A stretch of DNA of 32,449 nt from a virus (taxonomy: Duplodnaviria > Caudoviricetes): positions 1 to 32,449 of the IMG/VR virus record IMGVR_UViG_3300032116_000830; one strand, 5' to 3'. Under the pieces are notes generated by a model that was given only the letters and a program-made list of their open reading frames with translations, had not been told where the DNA came from and did no database searches. Of the stretch, positions 26,627-32,449 are shown in pieces. The position numbers were made by a program, and so were the translations under genes. How positions within the stretch are numbered: position 1 is the first letter of the stretch; each line of letters starts with the position of its first letter.

Positions 26627-26805
26627 TTTACCTCCTCTAGTATTTTAATAAATTCTTTCTGTTCTGATACATTAAAATTTTGAACTAAATTTTCATACTG
26701 CAAATCCAATTCTCGATAATCTGCATTCATAGATTTTGCTAATCTGCGATGTTCTCGCATCTTCTGGCGCAATTCCAACGCGGCGCGGACTTTACTACTT
26801 GTCAT
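26623..26805 (-). CDS. Hypothetical protein (start MTSSKV)
   Basis: AAGGAGG RBS. Confidence 0.6.
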   Translation of the reverse strand: MTSSKVRAALELRQKMREHRRLAKSMNADYRELDLQYENLVQNFNVSEQKEFIKILEEVK

Positions 26806-27109
26806 ATCTGAACCCTCCTTTGCTCCCGAATGGATTGTCGTGCGTGAAATCTTCAAAGTGTCCTTTGCCTTCCTTGGCTTTTTCTCGAAATCTAATAAAA
26901 TCATCAATTTCGTCTAAAATGCTTGTAAATTCATCTGAAATGAAAACCTTGTTAAATTCATCATCTGTTGCTTTTCTGCCTAATACCTTCTCGCATGCCT
27001 TTTCGGTTTCTTCTTCCTCGTTGATGCTGATTGAATAATTTTTTTTGACTTTCCGCATGATTGACTCGTCAAGCAAATCAATGATTCTATCAAACTTTTC
27101 TTTGTTCAT
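26795..27109 (-). CDS. Hypothetical protein (start MNKEKF)
   Basis: AAGGAGGTG RBS. Confidence 0.65.
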   Translation of the reverse strand: MNKEKFDRIIDLLDESIMRKVKKNYSISINEEEETEKACEKVLGRKATDDEFNKVFISDEFTSILDEIDDFIRFREKAKEGKGHFEDFTHDNPFGSKGGFRYDK

Positions 27110-27128
27110 GTTCTCACCTCCTTCCAAT

Positions 27129-27157
27129 ATTTTAATATTTTTATGCATATATTGCAA
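27129..27157 (-). promoter_or_regulatory. Possible sigma-A promoter
   Basis: TTGCAA-17 bp-TAAAAT; the -35 lies inside the palindrome ATATTGCAATAT. Confidence 0.45.
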
Positions 27158-27455
27158 TATTCTTTTTTACTTCTGCAATTACTTCTTTTTTAATGTCTGT
27201 TTTCGTTCTCATGCTTTCGCCGTCTGTCATTAGTACATTGATTTCGCCGCCATAGCATGGTTTGAAATGTGCGCTGATTCGGATTGTAAAACCATCTAAT
27301 CCGTTTGGATGTGTGATTGTAAGGTATGAGCTTTCGCTTATTCGGCTTGCATCAAATCCAAGCTCAAATCCTTCTGGCAATAACTTTTCAACTACATCAT
27401 ATAATTTTTCCTCTACCCATTTTTTAATGTTGTTTTTCTGTGTCCAAGTTGTCAT
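27141..27455 (-). CDS. Hypothetical early protein (paralog of 27783-28076)
   Basis: GGGAG RBS; SESSYL...TIRISAH. Confidence 0.7.
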   Translation of the reverse strand: MTTWTQKNNIKKWVEEKLYDVVEKLLPEGFELGFDASRISESSYLTITHPNGLDGFTIRISAHFKPCYGGEINVLMTDGESMRTKTDIKKEVIAEVKKNIAIYA

Positions 27456-27479
27456 TTGTCATCGCTCCCTTGTTTGTTT

Positions 27480-27504
27480 GTCGGTATTTCCGACATACTC
27501 GGCT
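27480..27504 (-). repeat. Intergenic pseudoknot-like element D
   Basis: AG-CCGA-GUAU-G-UCGG-AA-AUAC-CGAC. Confidence 0.5.
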
Positions 27505-27508
27505 TTTG

Positions 27509-27733
27509 TTATTTTTTAATTTGTTCCTCTAATTCTTCATACATTTCTTTCCATTCTGTCGCTGTATCTTCCCAATTCTTCGCATGATTCTTATAATATT
27601 CGATTTCCTTTCTTAATGCTAAAATATGAGGATTATTTGTTTTCATGTTGTAAGCTTCATTTAAGATTTTTTCCCTTTCTTTTCCTGCATTTCCTGAAAT
27701 CATCTTAAAATTTTCGCCTGTCGCCATCGTCAT
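27509..27733 (-). CDS. Hypothetical early protein
   Basis: AAGGAG RBS; coiled-coil C-terminus. Confidence 0.65.
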   Translation of the reverse strand: MTMATGENFKMISGNAGKEREKILNEAYNMKTNNPHILALRKEIEYYKNHAKNWEDTATEWKEMYEELEEQIKK

Positions 27734-27751
27734 TACTCCTTTGATTTATTG

Positions 27752-27776
27752 GGCGGATTTGCCGCCGCCATCGGCT
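27752..27776 (-). repeat. Intergenic pseudoknot-like element E
   Basis: A-GCCG-AU-GGCGG-CGGC-AAAU-CCGCC. Confidence 0.6.
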
Positions 27777-27782
27777 TTTATT

Positions 27783-28076
27783 TTAATATTTTTTTAATCT
27801 CTTGATTATTATTTCTTTTACTTCATTTTTCAATTTGTTCATGTTTTTTACTTTTCCATCTTCTGAAATTGATACTGTAACATCATCATTTGTTTTATTG
27901 TCGCTTATTCCAATTGTTAGAATTGAATCATTTTTATATTTTATTATTATGCTTGATGATTGTTTGTTTTCTGCTACGATTAGATTCGCTTCATAATTTC
28001 TTGGCATCATTTTTTCAATTTGATAAATTAATGAATATCGAACATATCCCGAAACTTCTTGAACTTTTCTTGTCAT
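27783..28076 (-). CDS. Hypothetical early protein
   Basis: AAGGAG RBS. Confidence 0.7.
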   Translation of the reverse strand: MTRKVQEVSGYVRYSLIYQIEKMMPRNYEANLIVAENKQSSSIIIKYKNDSILTIGISDNKTNDDVTVSISEDGKVKNMNKLKNEVKEIIIKRLKKY

Positions 28077-28110
28077 TGTATTATCTCCTTTGATTTATTT
28101 ATCCGTTTTT

Positions 28111-28287
28111 TTATTCTTCTTTCATTCCTCTTTGCATACCTGCGGCATAAGCGGCTTCTAATGCGTTTCTAATTTTCCAAATGCTTATTGTTGGGAAGTT
28201 TTTTTCTTCATCTTCTGATGTTTTCAATGTTTCCAATCCCATTAGTAATTTCGCAATTTCTTGTAATTCCTGCTCTTTTCTTGTCAT
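28111..28287 (-). CDS. DUF6900-like 58-aa protein
   Basis: IAKLLMGLETLKT....F..ISIWKIRNALEAAYAAG; AAGGAG RBS; first gene after the promoter. Confidence 0.7.
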   Translation of the reverse strand: MTRKEQELQEIAKLLMGLETLKTSEDEEKNFPTISIWKIRNALEAAYAAGMQRGMKEE

Positions 28288-28319
28288 TTTTATCGTCTCC
28301 TTGTTATTTGGTATACCTT

Positions 28320-28349
28320 ATTATATCATGATATGTATTTGTATGTAAA
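28320..28349 (-). promoter_or_regulatory. Sigma-A-like early promoter
   Basis: TTTACA-18 bp-TATAAT with extended TG and an AT-rich UP region. Confidence 0.78.
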
Positions 28350-28397
28350 GCGCTATTTTAATATATTTCAATGTTTTTTAAAATTATTTTTTTGAGT

Positions 28398-28421
28398 AAA
28401 AAAAATAAGCCTTACGGCTTA
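28398..28421 (-). terminator. Intrinsic terminator ending the late (lysis) transcript
   Basis: UAAGCC-GUAA-GGCUUA followed by a U-tract, overlapping the endolysin stop codon. Confidence 0.85.
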
Positions 28422-28985
28422 ACGTTGCGATATCCTATGTAGGATTGTGATTATCTGTTCTTTGGTCATTGGCTCTTTTAGATTAGAATCATCTGTAAAC
28501 TTATTACGTACTGCCCATGCCAATGCATCCTTTGCCCATTCGCTAACCTTTGATTCATCTGCATAAAATTTTGTCAAGTATTCTGTAGGGTCGGTATGTG
28601 TGCCGAATCCAAATGAAGACGAATCCTTAAGACGAACTTCATAATGTAAGTGACTTCCTGCCGATTGTCCTGTGTTTCCTTCAGTGCCTATCGGGTCGCC
28701 ACGCTTTACCAAATTGCCCACATTAACGCCAATAGTGTGAAGGTGTGCATAACAATGTAATGCGCCATTGGAATCCCTCACAGCAACCACATTTCCATAA
28801 TTTCCGAATCCTGAGCCTTCCTTACCTTCCTTTGCAAAGATGACTTCACCATCGGTAAAGGATAGTATTGGCTTTTGATGACCAATCACCAAATCAATCC
28901 CACGATGAAATATACTAGTTTTTTTGATTGGATGTATGCGGTCGCCGTATGGAGATGTGATGCGGTACCCTGCAAATACGCTCAT
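28419..28985 (-). CDS. Endolysin: M23 peptidase with SLH-like C-terminus
   Basis: HRGIDL, YAHL, GNTGQSAGSHLHYEVR; VSEWAKDALAWA...PMTKEQIITILHR. Confidence 0.9.
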   Translation of the reverse strand: MSVFAGYRITSPYGDRIHPIKKTSIFHRGIDLVIGHQKPILSFTDGEVIFAKEGKEGSGFGNYGNVVAVRDSNGALHCYAHLHTIGVNVGNLVKRGDPIGTEGNTGQSAGSHLHYEVRLKDSSSFGFGTHTDPTEYLTKFYADESKVSEWAKDALAWAVRNKFTDDSNLKEPMTKEQIITILHRISQR

Positions 28986-29371
28986 TGTTTTTCCCTCAAT
29001 ATCTTAATGATATTTTTAAGTTGCGGCGGTAATGGTAACCCAATACGACCATAATTTTCAGTTATGCTCACAAGCTCGTTAGCGATAAAAAAGAATATTG
29101 CTCCAATCATGATGACATTCTGTCCTGTAAACTGGTCGAGTTGATTAGCTAATGCCACAACTAAAACCATTCCGAACTTTTTTATTAATCCTTTATATCC
29201 TATCGCTGATGATAAATTTTTTTCGATTATCGCCGCCATAACGCCTGTTAAATAATCCATGATGATGACAAAAAAGAATAACATTAACATCTGGCTCCAC
29301 TCCCCGAAAAAAAATGCAATAGCTGAGCCGATGAAAGCAATACCGCTATTTGCCGCAATTTGTTTCATCAC
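28982..29371 (-). CDS. Holin (toxin secretion/phage lysis holin family)
   Basis: DYLTG...SSAIGYKGLIKK...NELVSITENYGRIGLPLP. Confidence 0.92.
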   Translation of the reverse strand: MMKQIAANSGIAFIGSAIAFFFGEWSQMLMLFFFVIIMDYLTGVMAAIIEKNLSSAIGYKGLIKKFGMVLVVALANQLDQFTGQNVIMIGAIFFFIANELVSITENYGRIGLPLPPQLKNIIKILREKQ

Positions 29372-30352
29372 TTAACCTCCTAGTGCTGTTATGCGTGATT
29401 CAAGATTTTCAACTTTTTCTGTTAACTCTTGAATGGCTTTTACTAGTATCGCCTCTGTCTTTCCCCATCCTGTAACCGTCAGATAATCATCCGCTCCAAT
29501 GCTTACTGCATCGGGATATATCATTTGAATTTCCTGAGCAATAAATCCAACTTGGTGTCCGCTTCCATCTTTATAGTCAAACTCAACGGGTCGTAAATCG
29601 TTTATATTTTCTAATTGATTTGGCAAATTTTCAATATTTTCTTTTAATCTTGCATCTGAAAATGAACCAAACGCCGCTTGTGCCGCTCCATTTCCATTAA
29701 TTTGCCCACCACCTGTACCGCCTAAATTATTAGCAAATTGAATATAAACTTGTGCCGTTGAATTGGTATTATCATATTTTAAGAATCGTGCCGCGGCTGT
29801 AGCTGTTGTATTGGCTAATGCTAAATACGCGCCAAGAGGATAACGTGTTGTAGAAATGTTTTCTTCAAGATAAAAAGTAAAATTTGAATTTACTACGCTA
29901 CTTGAACCAAAAGCGAATCCTGTATTTCCGATATCCATTCTTGAAAATCCACCTGTTGCAATTGTAACTTCATCTGCCGCACTAAAATATATTCCAGTAT
30001 TTCCGTCACCTGTCGGCGAAATGCTCGGCGTTCCTGCCGTTCCTGCATTGACGAATATTTGCGAATTTGTTATTGCAATTGAAGATGTTGACGCTGTCAT
30101 TATTCTTGTTCCGCCACTTGATAAATTAATGACATCCGCGCCGCTGAAAAATATGCCTGTATTACTATCGCCTGTTGGTGCAATACTTGGTGTTGTTGCA
30201 CTCCCTGAAATCGTGACAAATTGTCCCGACATCGATGTACTGCCATCTTGTGTAATTGAAGCAAATATACCATCTTCAATTTTATTAAGATTTGTTGCAT
30301 TGATTGCGGGCGAACTTCCATTAACCCACGTTGTTTTAACGTATTGCGGCAT
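29372..30352 (-). CDS. Tail fibre with C-terminal S74 intramolecular chaperone
   Basis: W....PAINATNLNKIEDGI N-terminus, two PSIxPTGDxNTGI repeats, SDARLKENI...GFIAQE...LVKAIQEL. Confidence 0.88.
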   Translation of the reverse strand: MPQYVKTTWVNGSSPAINATNLNKIEDGIFASITQDGSTSMSGQFVTISGSATTPSIAPTGDSNTGIFFSGADVINLSSGGTRIMTASTSSIAITNSQIFVNAGTAGTPSISPTGDGNTGIYFSAADEVTIATGGFSRMDIGNTGFAFGSSSVVNSNFTFYLEENISTTRYPLGAYLALANTTATAAARFLKYDNTNSTAQVYIQFANNLGGTGGGQINGNGAAQAAFGSFSDARLKENIENLPNQLENINDLRPVEFDYKDGSGHQVGFIAQEIQMIYPDAVSIGADDYLTVTGWGKTEAILVKAIQELTEKVENLESRITALGG

Positions 30353-30356
30353 ATCA

Positions 30357-30797
30357 TCATCCCCTTTGTATTGAGTCGCGTCTTACAATTTGTATGCTTT
30401 CAAGATTGGTTTTATTTCGACTGTAAAGTACCCTGCTTATCATGATTCCGCTATTGGTCGCGCTTGATGCGGTAACTCCTGCAAAGATTCCAATTTCCTC
30501 GATTGCGGCTACCGCTTCACTATCTAATATGACCGCGGTTTTCTCTAGCTGTCCTACGTCTGGTTTCGTTGTGGTTATAAAAGTAGTGCGGAATATTTCT
30601 GCTCCAAGTTGCGTATCGGCATCACTTACAGTTGCTGAGCTTGTGCCTAATGCAAGATATTTGATTTCGCATGATGTCACTTCTCCATTGAGTGCATCGC
30701 GCAATAAGTTTAATCCTGCATTGGTGATTCGATTATTTACAATAAATCTTTCATCACCATCGATAATTTCAAATTCACCGAACCATCCTAAATTCAT
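30357..30797 (-). CDS. Tail/baseplate protein
   Basis: NRITNAG...YLALGT...DTQLGAEIFR...IEEIGIF. Confidence 0.7.
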   Translation of the reverse strand: MNLGWFGEFEIIDGDERFIVNNRITNAGLNLLRDALNGEVTSCEIKYLALGTSSATVSDADTQLGAEIFRTTFITTTKPDVGQLEKTAVILDSEAVAAIEEIGIFAGVTASSATNSGIMISRVLYSRNKTNLESIQIVRRDSIQRG

Positions 30798-30807
30798 TTA
30801 ATCCCTC

Positions 30808-32304
30808 CTAGCATGGCAATAATGTATCACTTGGAAATAATAAATCGCTTGGTAACGAGCATGCAAATACTGATATTGTATTAATCTCGTTCCACCCTTG
30901 AGATTCTGCGACCGTAGACAAAATAACTAATAATTCATTTTCTCGGATGCTCATTTTTAAATCTTGACGCAATAAATCCCTATAGAATTTCTGCCATCCG
31001 CCGAATGTTTCTCCGTCTATGGCATGGACTGTATATAATAACCTTCCTGTTCCATCTAATTCAGATATTTGAACTTTATCAATCAAAAAATCCGTTGAAC
31101 TGATGTTGTATTGTGTGAGGTTAACATTCTGCAACTGTCCTGCGGAAAGTCCCGCCGTATATGTGTCATATGTGATTTCTCGTAAAATTTTAGCATATTT
31201 TGTAAGTTTCCCGTTTGCGATGTCAAGTGCTTCCTGCCTTGATGATATCGCCGCATCAACATCTATTCTTTCATATACTCCAGTTCCACCTTCAACGCTT
31301 GCTCGCTCTGCAATCGCCGCGGGATTCTCTGAAACTAGAGATAACGCCACCAATCCGCGATATGTAACCTCGATAACATCGCTTGATGTGAGAATTGTTT
31401 CTGTACTGTCTTGGATGATTGTATTGGCGTTGTATAGGTAATAATATTTTTTTCCTGTGTCTATTCCATTAATCCCAATATCATTCGAATTAATTTCTGT
31501 GCTATTGATAAAAATGCGTGGCTTTTCTGCTATCGGAAAGCGCAAAATGAATGTTCGTGATACTCCATCTGGATTAGGCGTTGGTTTTTCAAGTGTGATT
31601 AAATCCGTTTGACTCAATCCGCCTCGAATGTATTGCCTATTGCGGTATTGTGACTTGTCTTGTTTAACGTTAATGTTCATAACTGCGCTTGTGTCTGTGA
31701 TTGAAAATGGAGCATTAAAAAATGTTCTCGGAGCAAAGTAGAATTTTTTGTCGTAGTCAATATACCATTGATATCCCGTGATTTCTGCAAGCTCATTCAT
31801 GGCATCTGCTACGGTTCCGACACGTGGGAATGTTGCCTGTTCCAATATCACAGTTGAAGCGAATGGAAATAATGTATCACTCGGAAATAGTCCGCTTGAT
31901 GGAAATAATGAAACTCCATATATTTCGCCGATTGTGACGCCTTCCGGCTCTAAATAAGTATAATATAAATCGTTGGCAATGTCTTGAGCTGATGTATTTA
32001 TATATGTCTTTGCAACCAATAATCTATCTGCTATCTGATGTTGGTCTACGCATTCTATATCATAAATAATGGCATTGTTTGTTATTGGTACGAATTTCTT
32101 TGGGTATAGCAAATAACCTGAAAAAATTAAAACTGCCGAATCATCATAAATAGAAATAGGCTGACCATCTGACAAAGATAATGTCATTGATGTATCAACC
32201 AACTGTAGCCGCGCCATTGAACGTTCATTAATGGCATCTTCAATTTCTATCGTGCCTACTCTAACTTTGTTTGTTCTATCTATTGAACTAATAAATATCT
32301 GCAT
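30808..32304 (-). CDS. Minor tail / hub protein
   Basis: AMNELAEITGYQWYIDYDKKFYF...YRNRQYIRGG; position in the tail module. Confidence 0.75.
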   Translation of the reverse strand: MQIFISSIDRTNKVRVGTIEIEDAINERSMARLQLVDTSMTLSLSDGQPISIYDDSAVLIFSGYLLYPKKFVPITNNAIIYDIECVDQHQIADRLLVAKTYINTSAQDIANDLYYTYLEPEGVTIGEIYGVSLFPSSGLFPSDTLFPFASTVILEQATFPRVGTVADAMNELAEITGYQWYIDYDKKFYFAPRTFFNAPFSITDTSAVMNINVKQDKSQYRNRQYIRGGLSQTDLITLEKPTPNPDGVSRTFILRFPIAEKPRIFINSTEINSNDIGINGIDTGKKYYYLYNANTIIQDSTETILTSSDVIEVTYRGLVALSLVSENPAAIAERASVEGGTGVYERIDVDAAISSRQEALDIANGKLTKYAKILREITYDTYTAGLSAGQLQNVNLTQYNISSTDFLIDKVQISELDGTGRLLYTVHAIDGETFGGWQKFYRDLLRQDLKMSIRENELLVILSTVAESQGWNEINTISVFACSLPSDLLFPSDTLLPC

Positions 32305-32449
32305 CTATCTCACCTTTATTTAGTCCCAATGTATTAATAGCAAATTCCGCATCATCAAATACTAGCGAAAAATAACGGTCTATCTCCGCCGCTTCTGCAT
32401 CGCTGACTAGCCAATTACAAATAAAATGTGTGTGTGTTGTGCCTGTGTA
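32288..32449 (-). CDS. C-terminal fragment of an upstream (probably tail) gene
   Basis: Open frame from the edge: YTGTTHTHFICNWLVSD...IDADIY*, overlapping the next gene's start. Confidence 0.55.
   Translation of the reverse strand, partial: YTGTTHTHFICNWLVSDAEAAEIDRYFSLVFDDAEFAINTLGLNKGEIDADIY

Noticed and set aside
2717-30360. Alternative-frame minus ORFs (2717-2905, 7718-7927, 9389-9574, 30100-30360) and long 5' extensions (5966, 14463, 16022, 23418, 26907, 27157)
   Set aside because: They overlap well-supported genes, and better RBS-linked starts exist downstream.
70-31441. All plus-strand ORFs in the track (e.g. 1699-2103, 7466-7780, 13046-13393, 30021-30374)
   Set aside because: They are antisense shadows of clear minus-strand genes, with no recognisable motifs and S/F/I-biased composition.
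30813-31889. Diversity-generating retroelement TR/VR pair
   Set aside because: The repeat is only 27 nt and there is no reverse transcriptase in the window.
32427-32449. TG-rich microsatellite- or telomere-like end
   Set aside because: Explained as codons for YTGTTHTH in the truncated minus-strand ORF.
1-32449. Stop-codon reassignment or tRNA genes
   Set aside because: Genes are full length in the standard code, and no tRNA-like sequence was seen.

Overview
A nearly complete, circularly permuted genome of a small tailed phage (siphovirus, HK97-type head) that probably infects a Bacillota host, judged from AGGAGG RBSs, sigma-A-like promoters and an SLH-like tail on the endolysin. Every credible gene is on the minus strand. 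In transcription order (right to left): tail, fibre, holin and endolysin; a first block of small early genes; recombination and replication genes; a second small-gene block; radical SAM, DUF3310, YqaJ, MazG and ParB-MTase; terminase, portal, MuF-toxin with probable immunity gene, metallophosphoesterase, protease and capsid; two glycosyltransferases; head-tail and tail genes; and a tape measure gene cut at the left edge. No integrase or CI-like repressor is visible. Four observations stand out. (1) The MuF/papain-fold toxin frame is open, with no start codon, back through an A_AAA_AAC slippery site at the portal 3' end, predicting a portal-MuF-toxin fusion. (2) Two GT-A glycosyltransferases follow the capsid genes, behind a three-way-junction RNA whose loop is complementary to their RBS. 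(3) The first GT carries an in-frame, very AT-rich insertion. (4) Compact, covarying H-type pseudoknot-like elements recur between the small early genes. All family calls come from motif recognition by eye, not database searches.
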